DNA of 64,000 nucleotides from Balanoglossus misakiensis (taxonomy: Eukaryota; Animalia; Hemichordata): the NCBI GenBank assembly GCA_040954595.2, contig CM082597.2:3086265-3150264 (forward strand), in the 5' to 3' direction. The position numbers and the translations under genes are program-made. The notes under the pieces were generated by a model. It made no database searches and was not told the origin of the DNA. It saw only the letters and a list, made by a program, of their open reading frames with translations. This document shows, one piece after another, positions 53,101-64,000 of this stretch. Each line of letters opens with the position of its first letter. Within the stretch, counting starts at the first letter, position 1.

Positions 53101-55434
53101 GGGTTTCCGAGAGATTGTCCCACCCAAAGGCGATTATAGTCTGGTATGCATACGTAAGTAGCGAAACAAAAGAGTTGCGGAATGAAAATCAATACTTCAC
53201 ACACGAATAAAAAATTCCAACATCAAATATTTATGACCGCGTGGCCGTCTTTCATTGTCCAGTGCTCACACGTACGCATATACAGACATGTTTTAAAGGG
53301 AAAAGATTGAGGAGAAATCAATACGTACATGCACACACGCTGTTAAGATTGACAATGACATTAAACAGTACAACCACCAAGTATCCATACAGTGTCAGTT
53401 TGATTGATTTCAGACAGTAAAATTCAAATTTCAGAATGGGTACTAAGATACAAATAGACAATTTTCTGAACTCTGCAAGTCTCGCGAGATCTCGTAATGA
53501 ACAGGAAATCACCTATCGCTGAAATGTATTTCAGTGGAATTTTGACCACCTGTTGGAATCTGTGAAAAGTGAAATCTGAGATTCTGAGAAGAAGGGAAAT
53601 TCATGACATTCCTGTTGCAAGGTCATCCGTGGGTGTGAATTCTCTGTGTTCAACTTGGCATTGAAAGTTGTTTGAGGAATAATCATATAATCACTAAGGT
53701 TATATACCGGGTATATCAGGTACAGGTATTATCTAAGTACTTGAAAGAAGTGAGGATATCAAATAGTCTGAGGTCATGAGATATATGTTGTGGCTGTTGT
53801 TCAGTTTTTTGTCAAATCAGTGATCCAAAAGTACTGACAAACTATGATGTCTTCAATTTCCAGTCTCCCTACCCCAAAAATAAACAAAATCAAAACAGTT
53901 TGTAATCTGCTGAAATCTCAGGTATGTCAACCCATTCTGTGTTTCATCACAGCCAGTGACATTAACAGTCAATGAAGCTATGAATGACTTCACAATTTCT
54001 AGTGGCTGCTTGACTTATGATTCATTTGTAAGCCGATAGCCTGTCTACAGTGCTGAGAAAACACAATTCTTCATGAGCTATACATGTAGACGTCGACTGC
54101 AGTTGCAGACATAGTAACCAGCATTTGTCCACGGTTGCTACATACACCCATGTGTGCTGTGCTGTTAGCAGTCTTGAAAGTTACACACCAAGGAAAGTGA
54201 TGGAATGTTTTCTGTGAATGGTCTTCTTGAGTACCAGCGCATTAGTTGCGTTTAAATGACAGTACACTGACTGCTGCACATTAAACGGTTCTACTTGTCC
54301 GTACAATGTACATTTGTGGGAGGGCAAACAGAGTTGTCCGGGCAGATTTTTTGGCCTCACTGACAGGTCAAGGGCAAGAATTTGGCCTAAAATAAATGAA
54401 CTGAAACCCCAGTGTGTCCTTCACATTAACTCATGATCAGGTTTGATCTAAAAACCTGCGATATCGGCTGATTAGCACGTCAGGAGGCACTAGATACTGC
54501 AAAGTTATAGAATTATCCATGAAAGAGCTATTCTCGATGATTTGTTTTTAGCTCAAAACAGACTTATAAAAATATTTATGTGAGAGAACTTGGAACTATT
54601 CTAATAACACTCCAGTTGACAGGTTAGCATCTCTAGTTTCTGAAGTCTATTGTTGCGTCGATTGTTTCGTCTACAATTCTCCTGTATCAGGTAGCCTTCC
54701 AGCTATTCCAACTATGGCTGTGTTCAACTCTTCACGGCGTATCACTTCCATCTGCAATAACAAATTTCATTGGAATTGTTCTCTAACCCAGATGAATGTC
54801 GATCATATACAACACAAAACTCTGAGTCATTTAATATGATACTGTCGGTGTACACTGTAACATTGGTTTGGTTAGTCAACCTAGGCTGGACTGGTGTAGG
54901 CTGTGGTACAATAGGCCTTGGAGAAGTCGACAATTGGCTTCTTTTACAACAAGTGACATGTTTTATTAGGGCTATAGGAACCTATTGAAAGAGTATTAAG
55001 ATATCGTATGATATTATTAATTTAGGCAATACTTTATAGTAAAATCTTCTTAATAACACTTTCACTGATCTCTCAAATTTACTCTCTTGTCACTACAGTT
55101 ACTCAAGCGAACACAGAAGGGGTAACACATCACGTACGTAGCGGGGAAAGTGTAATACTGGAATGTGACGTCTCGTCTCCCAGTCCGGACGTTCCGTTCA
55201 TCGTGCAGTGGAAGAAGCAGGGAATAGAAACGCCGATCTATCTGAAGTTCCAGAACTACCCGTCCCACATCGATCCCCAGTTTTTTGGCCGGGTTAGTCT
55301 GTACGACCGGGCGTCGTTAGAGATTTCCGACATACAGGCTGAGGATGATGGCTGGTACGAGTGCAAGGTCATGTTTCTGAACGGTCAGCACGATCAGCTG
55401 AAAAATGGCACCTGGTCACGGCTGAAGGTCAGCG
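47176..55434 (+). CDS. IGSF9: IGSF9/IGSF9B (turtle/Dasm1) orthologue: signal-peptide exon and first Ig-domain exon; gene continues beyond the window
   Basis: Exon 47176-47245 MFSEKGPWIYSLTACFGIIVICL (phase 1, GTAAGT). Exon 55099-55434 VTQANTEGVTHHVRSGESVILECDV...PFIVQWKKQGIETPIYLKFQNYPSHIDPQFFGRVSLYDRASLEISDIQAEDDGWYECKVMFLNGQHDQLKNGTWSRLKVS, which I recognise as Ig1 of turtle/IGSF9 (YPPHVDPEYAGRASL...EDQGWYECKV...NGSW pattern). Confidence 0.88.
49502..49892. mobile_element. Palindromic fold-back MITE with TA TSD (Tc1/mariner-type), 391 bp, in IGSF9 intron 1
   Basis: Near-perfect ~90-bp terminal arms (CCGTTGTCATTTTAGC.ACCCGAAACACTGATAAGAACTCC...). Weaker complementarity continues to ~165 bp per arm. 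TA at 49500-49501 and 49893-49894. Confidence 0.88.
53477..53520 (+). repeat. Short dispersed repeat containing the TCTCGCGAGA palindrome (3 copies in window)
   Basis: AAGTCTCGCGAGATCTCGTAATGAACAGGAAATCACC (53477) resembles AAGTCTCACGAGATCTCGCAATGAGTAAAAAAATCAACC (8565) and AGTCTTGTGAGATCTCACACTAAGCAGAAAATCATC (55739). Confidence 0.6.
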
Positions 55435-55530
55435 GTAAGTTACCATGGAGATTGTCCATGGAGCCAGTTTGGACCAAGTTTCCTCAGGAATGTGTGGCTT
55501 CAATGGTAGTCAAGCCCACATGAACTTTAA

Positions 55531-55618
55531 CCCTTTCACCCCCAGTTCCCTCTTTTTAGTCCAACCTTACCAACCTTATAAAACAATGGATTTGGACTGA
55601 ACCATGGTGGTGAAAGGG
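55531..55618. mobile_element. piggyBac-type mini-MITE, copy 1 (88 bp)
   Basis: TTAA|CCCTTTCACC.CCA ... TGGTGGTGAAAGGG|TTGA; homologous to 58050-58134. Confidence 0.8.
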
Positions 55619-57157
55619 TTGAAGTATTGTGGTACCAGTTTGTGTGCTGTGGAAAAGCCTGGAAACTTAGGGATTTCAAAACCACTTCTGGGAAAGTCAT
55701 GAAAAATTTATCAAAAATAAATCTGTCACATAATGGCCAGTCTTGTGAGATCTCACACTAAGCAGAAAATCATCTATTGCCAGTGTCAGTACGTGACATT
55801 CATACTTATTACATATAACACCTCAGCGTTTGAAAGTTTGACATGAAATAGTCGTTATCCGAAGTGTTCAGAGCATACCCATAACCCCGAACAAATTCCA
55901 TTCATGTGTCATCTGAATGGAAATCCATGCGTGTACGCGTATAATGTGTGTTACGCACCTCCACAATGGAGGCACCAGACTTCTGTGTGATGCATGCCAT
56001 GTTTTTAATTGTGGCCAGCAAATTGTGCATGCATGGGTGAACGCTCTTAGTCTCGGCGGGCAGACTGCTTTCAAACCGCAGTGAAAGCCCCCAGTTGGCC
56101 TGACAGTTAAAATGGTCGGGTTGTAGGTCAAGGCGAGCGTGATAAATCAAAGCCTGCCATTCTCTGCTGCCTTCAGTGCGAGAAATTGCCCAACCTCCAT
56201 ACATGCGGCACACATGGTCTGCTAGGCTTGCACCATGCCTATGGGCATAACTGTGGCTCAATAAAATTGATGAATTTTGACAAGTTTTAGCACACTGCTG
56301 TGATTGCATAAGTCATTTGATGACAGATGCTAACTTCGGTTCAACAAAATGAAATTTGAAAAACATCAGCCTCCGTCGTATCAGAACTTCCTGGGGAAAA
56401 CACTGAAAACCAGTGTTCTCAGGAATGTCTGATACAGTATTGGCTAATTTCCATAACAGTGCAATTAATTACGATAATTACTGCATATTGTTTCGCCCGA
56501 ATTAAAGGGAAGTGACTGGTACATGTATACATGCACACTAAGTGCATTACTGAATGGTGAAAAGTGTCTTTGAATTTAAAAAACTGCACAAGCATGCAGG
56601 TCAACTCGCATGTCCGATTGGCTGGCTAATACATCTCAACTCACAGTTTACGTTACCAAGCAATCAACCATAGATACACTGACTACATACGTTAAGTGAT
56701 GATTGTAACACTACACGTACATGTGTTACTTGCACAGTGGTTGCAAGCTTGGTTAAACCTAATGGCAACATGTGTGTGCTTTTATCACGCACTTTAAGCA
56801 GTAGGAGGGGAAAGTCAAGCCTTCATGTTTATTGTGACTTCCTCCAGAAGAGGGTTGACTTCACAGCAGCTGAACATCATCTGGTTGCATGAGAGACTTT
56901 TAAGCTGGTCTGCACATATGCAAGACCTCAAGTTGGACATTTCTGAAGGGCATTACATCCTCTTCAGGGTCTCGTTGAAGGCTCAGTACTTCCAGATGTT
57001 CAAAGACTGAACTTGCTAGTCGCTACATCGATTGACATGTGCTTGGGGTACAGTGATGGTAAACTGAATCTGCTACTGGACATTGTAGGGAACAGGTCTT
57101 TACATGCTAAGTAAACTCAGAACGTGCACGTGCTACTGTACATGGACTTGGACTTGG

Positions 57158-57200
57158 TATATTTGTCCTCACTGAGAATATATTTGTCCTCACTGAGAAT
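57158..57200. repeat. Short tandem duplication (~22 bp x2)
   Basis: TATATTTGTCCTCACTGAGAAT occurs twice. Confidence 0.85.
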
Positions 57201-58049
57201 GACCCTGAGATAGCACCAGATGTTGAGGACAAGGTTATATGTGTTTGCTCAGACCAAAGTATTTCAGGAAATGAAGTTTTCTCGATATCATGGCACTTGA
57301 CCTACCAAGTGAGGGTAATTTGTCAAGTGTCTGAGTGGAGTTTTGGGGAGATGTAACATGATATTCAGTATGTCAGAGACTTACGTGACAAACTCAAAAA
57401 TGCAAAATGAGACAAAAAATACCAGGTATTTTTTCCCTTTATTGAATTTTTTTTATAACGTTTTCAATTTTTTTGAGGAAATTCTCAATGATGGTATAGA
57501 GACAGTGTGCAAATAAATTACTAATGATACAACTCCATCTACTAGTATCCCAGATACATGCATCCACATGTACATGTTTGTTAAGGCCAAGGCTACGTGT
57601 ACAAAACGATATGCATGGACTGCAAAGCTAATATTTGATCTCTGAGTAATTCACAATGTGTACCGGTGCATTAATGGTCTCTCTAGCACAGTGCTGCTGT
57701 CTGTACACACTGCCTTTTATACAATAGACGTTTTTGCATTAAAGTGCAGGACCCAGCAAAAAGCGGGGAATTTTAATCGATTGAACAAACATAGCTGTTT
57801 TATCGACAAGCTCTGGTCCATGCATGTTGTAAAGAAATTATTTGACAGTTGAATTCCATTCAGTGTTAGCTCGAGTCCAAGGTGGTAGCCAATAGCAACA
57901 TGCCTTTGTATGATCTAAACAGGTGTAACGTTACAGAATATGCTAATAGTATATAAAAATGGGACATGGGAAATAAGGAATGAATCAGAAATACATATAT
58001 GTAGGTTCCTGTGTAGGTGTTGTGCCCTGTGTTATACATGTTCCTTTAA

Positions 58050-58134
58050 CCCTTTCACCCCCATTTACCTTTACAGAGGTCCAACTTTACCATAGAAAAC
58101 AGTGGATTTGGACCAAACCATGGTGGTGAAAGGG
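58050..58134. mobile_element. piggyBac-type mini-MITE, copy 2 (85 bp)
   Basis: TTAA|CCCTTTCACCCCCAT ... ATGGTGGTGAAAGGG|TTAA. A more decayed third copy appears at ~59361-59447. Confidence 0.85.
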
Positions 58135-61100
58135 TTAAGGCGTACAATCTTCACAAACGTCTGATTGCAATTTTCGTTTTCATCCAACACGTACTCATAA
58201 GCTGTACAGGATCTGACAAAAGGGATTACAATTTCAATCTTTAAGAAACTAGACATTTGGAGTTTCAAATCCTGTGAAAGTCTATACTTACAAGCCCTTC
58301 CCTTTTATACACTAACAAAGCTGACACAGCCAAGCAGAAGAAAACCCAGATTTCTAACAGTAATCCCCTTGTTAAGGATTTGTATCCGAGCTTTTCAACA
58401 AGTAGTTTTATTTTTCGGTCATTCAGAAGTCTCGTCAATCTTATTAGCAATCTTATTGTGTGTGTGTAAAAATGAGACTTAGACAGGTGTGCATGGGGCT
58501 GATGTTGTGAATACAATAATTCTTCTGTGAGAAAAAGACCAGCTTAGAGATTATACATTGCGCATATGGCGTACTATCAGACTTAAATATCTAAAGTTGC
58601 TGAGTTTCCAGTGGAACAGGTAGTCTATTTAGATTCGGGCGACTGGTATCGCCATGGCAATATTATTTCCTCCAGGTAGGTTTTACTCACAGGATGTCGG
58701 TTCAAAGGTCATGGAATTACGTACACCAGAACATGTTTGAAAGAAAACTTAAAACATGTCTACTATACTAGACTAAAATAGGACATATGGTATGTACCAC
58801 GTGTACACATGAACAAAAACTCTACAACTCTTGAATAAAAGAAGATTTAAAATAGGTTTTAATTGAGAGCACAGTGCCTCAAAATTGGTGCGAAAATGTC
58901 CGAACTGTGTTGTTACATTGTAAAGATACACTGAATGCTTGAGATAGTGACCCTGTTCGAACAATGTACATGTAGCACATCTATTCAGTTCGACTTCTTT
59001 TGGCATAGTTCCCACGTACAAACACACACCCCTATTACCAGTCATTGAACAATGTATCCCCTCAGGGAATCCGCTGGCCTTTTTAGGGATGACTGCTTGA
59101 AGTTCAACGACCTCCCTCTCGCATCAATGACAGTTCGTCGAATCCCTGTTTCGTCGATCAAAGAGTTCGGGATCGCAGATCAATGTAATTTCCGTTGTCG
59201 TGTGGTAACTTCCTGTGGAACTACCGTCATATTCTGTCACAGTATTCAGACACTGTAACATTACATTTCACCATTGTGAATTGCTTCTTGTTCGAAATCA
59301 GACTAGTGACCCATTCGTTGTGTGATTCAGCACCACAGCCAAGCCCCTCATGACTAGTATAACCATTCACCCCATTTCCTCGTGGGCTGGTCCGACCTCA
59401 CCATCGAATGCAACACGATAGTACCGAAGCATAGTCCTGAAAAGGGTGTTCATAGCCATATAGATTCATCGTCCCATTTGTGTATTGTGAAGACTTCCGG
59501 CCTTGAGTCTAACTAACACAACCTATAGTGTGTCGTGGGACTTTTCATCATGGTTTTCACAGGTGGTTGCCTACATCATTGTGGTGGCGTTAATGGATTG
59601 TACAAACAGTGTTACTGAGCTGTGGTCAAGCTTATTCGTTCTCAAATAATTCACAGAGGCGAAAGCACCATTGGTCTAGTATCTAGCCCTGCGCAATGTT
59701 ATGTTTCATGACTTGCCCAGCTTATCTTTTAAAAGTCCTGTGCTTATGTTTGAAACACTCTGACTGGAATGTTATATGTACCATGTACACAAGGAGGAAT
59801 ACCATGTTAATTAATGAATTGCGAAAAGTACAAAGTTCCACACTGCAGACATTTGCACTGTGTCCTACAGCCAGGGCTTAGCAGGACAAAATCTGCAATT
59901 CTATTAGGACGGGATTTCGCTGGGTGTGTTCAACTGAAACGTGTTTTGACATCTACTTAACAGAATCTTAGGAAGAAAGAGACTGAGTGACTTTTCATGT
60001 CATACGGGAAGTTCAAAACAATGGTTCTGAATACACTCTCATAGCCATTAACATGTTGACCGGTGATTGTCAATTCATGACAATACTATGTTATGTGTTT
60101 GGGTGGTAGTGATGACTCATTGGTTGCAGTTTATTGCAGCTGGTTTGTTTCAGAGATTATTTGCCCGGTCAACAAGCTATCACAGCAGTTAGTTACAATG
60201 TCAAACATCCAATATTTTTTACTAGCGAAGAGGTATTCTGGTAAAAATGAATTTAACTTCTAAGATTCAATGTATTCTTGGGAGACCCACTAGAGAAGCT
60301 GTTAGGATCTCTCTGTCAAATTTATTGACTTGCTTGCTAATAAAAGAAAACGACAATCTTCAATTTTATGATGGCAAGGTGAGTTATAAAGAGTACAGTG
60401 TCAGGAAAAATTGACTTCATGAAGAAAAGGCCTCTTTTGTTGTGAATTGTGAGTAAAATTTGATTGCCTGTTGTACAGGTTTTATTGCTTGTTGCTATGA
60501 TGGAGCACAGTGTCTGTATGCCAGGGTTATGAGTTCATAAAAAGTGTAAAAATGGTGGGCCTTGTAATCATGTATGATGGTTGGTTCTTAAGGTAACTGT
60601 CATTGATTGTGAAAGGGTGGGGGGGGGGGGGTATTTTGCTTTGAAGTAGTTTGTGACACAAAAGGAAAGTGGTACAGTGAAATATATTAAGTTCTGTGAA
60701 TTGATGGTTTCTCTACTGATTGTGGATTTTAAATTTGACCAATCTAATCAAGAACTCCATCACTCTTGAATCACTCCAGCTAATCAACTAAATCACACAC
60801 GTGGAGGTTTCTGTCCGAAGTTGCCCCCACTGTAAGGGTCACTGAGCTGTCCCTTAAAAGTTCATTATGGGCCAGTGTTTTGGAGTGCAGGCAGACTGCC
60901 CACTTTGTGTTGGACTAACTGCGGCGCTTTGGGTCACTGTACATGTACGTAAGTGGTGTCAGTGAAACGAAGGAAAGTTCACGTCACAGACTCCGAAGAG
61001 CAGTATATAACAACGACTTCAATGACTGAAGGGAAACTGTAGAGACACTCTGTGTACTATACACTTCTCGCAGTACGTGAATAAATTTCACAATTGACGA

Positions 61101-61364
61101 GTTGGCTTAGAGTTTGTTTAATGTGGCGACTATGTGGAACTGATTGGACGAACAAAAAAAAAATATGCACATTCCTGTTTTTTTTTTTCACGAGACTTAG
61201 TGACTAGATGAAGGTGAAAGACCTGACAGTATAACTATGAAAAAAAGTACTGAGAAATAAGGTACATAGTGCTTACAAGTCACTTGGACAAGCTACAGTT
61301 CAGTGAATTAAAAAGGCCAACTTCCCATTTGCCAGTCAACCTAAGGACCTCTATGATCAAGATA

Positions 61365-62135
61365 GGCTAGTTATACTTTGCGAAACAACGAAACAGCGAA
61401 ACGAAACAGCGAAACGACGAAACCATTATTAAAATAGGGGCCAGTCATCAAGACGGTGGCGTATGATTTTTTTAAAAGTTTCCAAATAAGTTCCTGGTCT
61501 GCGGCCTGGTACTAGTGGTTGCGCGCCAAAAAAGAATCCCGCCCCAAAAGGTCAATGTACGAGTATATTCACAGGGCTAAGGATTAGTTGAAACAAAGCA
61601 GTAGTGTCCGTAAGCTTTTGAGGGTCAAACACTGATGGGGGGTAAGAGTAGTAGTTATATATAGAAACACATGTAACTCACACAACACAGTATCATTGTC
61701 AAAATTTCTTTATTATCTTAATTGCAATTCATGCCTCCCCGCCTTGTGGTATTTAAGGAAATAGTGTCAGTTGCTGCCGCATTTTGAGGTTTCGATCTTT
61801 TGTGGTTTCGTTGTGCGCGCGCGTATATTCACTGTGTATATGTAGCAGTTTGGCATGAATCGTTTGCGCGCACACGACGTCGACTCTACCACTACATAGT
61901 ACCAGGCCGCAGACCAGGAACTGGCGACCCGCCGTTTGTTTCCAACGCCAAATTTGATTCTAATGTTGAATTTCCGAGAAAACAATTTATCTGACCTGTA
62001 GTTTTCTTGGCTCGCTTACGTTTTAATTTGGAAACTTTTAAAAAAATCATACGCCACCGTCTTGATGACTGGTCCCTATTTTAATAATGGTTTCGTCGTT
62101 TCGCTGTTTTGTTGTTTCGCAAAGTATAACTAGCC
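61365..62135. mobile_element. Non-autonomous DNA transposon (771 bp) with ~110-120-bp TIRs and 8-bp TSD; Merlin- or MULE-like
   Basis: Termini GGCTAGTTATACTTTGCGAAACAAC...GTTGTTTCGCAAAGTATAACTAGCC. Identical TCAAGATA flanks at 61357-61364 and 62136-62143. The TIRs contain CGAAAC(A/G) subrepeats. Confidence 0.9.
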
Positions 62136-64000
62136 TCAAGATATGTTATACAGTGGAACGTTTCTACTAAGTACATCTTCTGGAACAAAAATCTGTCCGT
62201 GATAAAGAGGCAGTCCTGATTAGAGAGGTGTCCTTAATGTGTAGTCTAGTATCTTGCCGTATTTTGTTGGCTCTGCTTCCAAAACTAATGCTGAGTTGCT
62301 CAGTTTTGGAAGCAAAGCGGGCAAAATACAGCTAGATACTAGACTACTTAATGTGGTACTCTGGTTTTTGTCTCAGTCATCATTAGGACTATACACTACA
62401 CTTTATTTAAGTTCTGACCTAGAAAGTGAGAATGCACCACCTGTGAAAGAAGGTCATTCGAGTCGGGTTTCCGTTCTGATACACAGGAACGACTCCAGTA
62501 TGTATCCAGTATTTAAAAGACTCATGGATTGGATTGGTGTCGTGACAATGTAGCTATGTGTGCATATCGTAATTTCACCCTGAAACTGAGTAGTCACTCG
62601 GAACTGCACACAGCTGTCGTTGTTACTAGGGGGTTACTAAGTGGAACGACACAATTTGATAGGTTCCCTGTGTGCGGCATGACTGATCAGAAAGTGTACT
62701 GTTACTGTATAAAAATTTTCTGTGATAAATTTCCCGTAACAGGAGATGTATCAATTCTAATTTCCTTGTTATTGGTAATATGAAGCAAAGTTTGATTATA
62801 GACATCTTTATTTTCAATAAATATTTCTTGTAAAATTTGACAAGTAAATCATGTCTGATAATCTCAGCGGAAGTTTAATAATAACCATCTTTAGTTTTAA
62901 AAAATATTTAACAAATATATATCTAAAAGTGGTAATCTTTCCTGTTTCTATTTTCATTTACCGGTAATGTTCTGATACAGTTTAGACCAAACAGTCAACA
63001 ATAATTTGGTCATCTACCGATAGTATGCCAGTTTGGTGGAATTAGGAACACACTCTAACATACAGACATACATGTACATGTACTGTCATACTCTAAGGAG
63101 TTTAGCTCTCTGTGCGTCAGCTTTCTTGTGGATTCAAGACGTCTTGGGAACTGGTCTACACATGTATTTTCCATGTTTATGAGTTTTAAACATGTAGGCC
63201 TGTAATTGTATGTCCTTGGGGGACTGGCTATTTTCGGCTTAACCTCATGGGAGGTGGTCAACTTCAGACAATAACCAGAGCTGCAAAATGGCAGATTTTT
63301 ACTGTGCATGTACACTGTGTGAATATATACAGACACACGCAGTGTACGACCCACTCTATGTGGCCAGTTGACTTCACAGTGGTATGATTGAAAATCCAAC
63401 CGTTTTCCGTGCATGCATATATATACAGCAAACTGCAAAAACACAAAAACCATTCTCCATATTACCACCGGCATTCTAAACAATGACTGTGCTGTCCTGC
63501 TCCAGCAGTGGCTCTATCCGGGTGTCACGTCCAGTCATCCGGCAAAATTTAATCCGTGCATCAGTATTTTGTCTGGGAAAAGACTGTGGGTAGATTACCT
63601 CGGAATGCATTCAATTGTCGTTCCCTTTTTTTTCTGCCCGCTGAAAAAGAAGTCTAGTCAAGTCTCTTGCACAATAAGTCAGTGCGTCTGTATGCGTGAA
63701 CTCCTTTTCACCCTAAGGCCAATTAGCTCAGTTTTCTACAGTCCTGGTTAGGATAGTGAACAGAATGCTTTGGTACAGAGCAAGTGAAAATAGTTTAGTC
63801 TGAATAGAATAGTAGAAATCTTCAGAATGTTGTCTGTAAAAGCTCCGCACCATTCATGGGAACCATTTCTATCTCCATGAGAAACCAAGCCCTTTCAATG
63901 AAGTTATTTTAATAATACCAATATTATATAATGATATTGTGCATGATTAGATAGTGAGGTCAAGTGTTTATTGTTCCGCTACATAATTTTAACTTTTTGA

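Noticed and set aside
59326-59345. REST/RE1-like TTCAGCACCAC in the IGSF9 intron
   Set aside because: Only the left half-site matches; the right half GGACAG is absent.
1-64000. Prokaryotic-type systems (CRISPR arrays, operons, rRNA, autonomous transposases)
   Set aside because: The window is spliceosomal-intron eukaryotic DNA. I saw no spacer-repeat arrays, rRNA, or transposase/RT ORFs.

Overview
Eukaryotic, intron-rich, AT-rich genomic DNA. Gene content and repeat style suggest an invertebrate deuterostome such as a hemichordate or echinoderm (inference). I rebuilt the gene models by hand from splice signals and reading frames: (1) the last 4 exons of an adhesion-class GPCR (1-704, +); (2) a heavily decayed LRR/Toll-like receptor relic (~3.1-8.4 kb, -); (3) an intronless rhodopsin-family GPCR lacking the DRY motif (15912-17174, +); (4) a gene with 15 coding exons (24596-32731, +, ~1162 aa) in which 12 divergent copies of an unrecognised Pro/Trp helical module, almost all one per symmetric phase-1 exon, precede an NHL beta-propeller, with no RING or B-box; (5) a 15-exon CNBD2-like cyclic-nucleotide-binding gene (34270-42656, -, ~608 aa) with an RFX X-box and a tandem RRxS-repeat insert; (6) the first two coding exons of an IGSF9/turtle orthologue (47176-55434+, +). 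Several non-autonomous DNA transposons with clear TIRs and TSDs are also present. The exon-modular repeat-NHL gene is the standout candidate for an undescribed system. No database searches were run; family calls rest on motif recognition.
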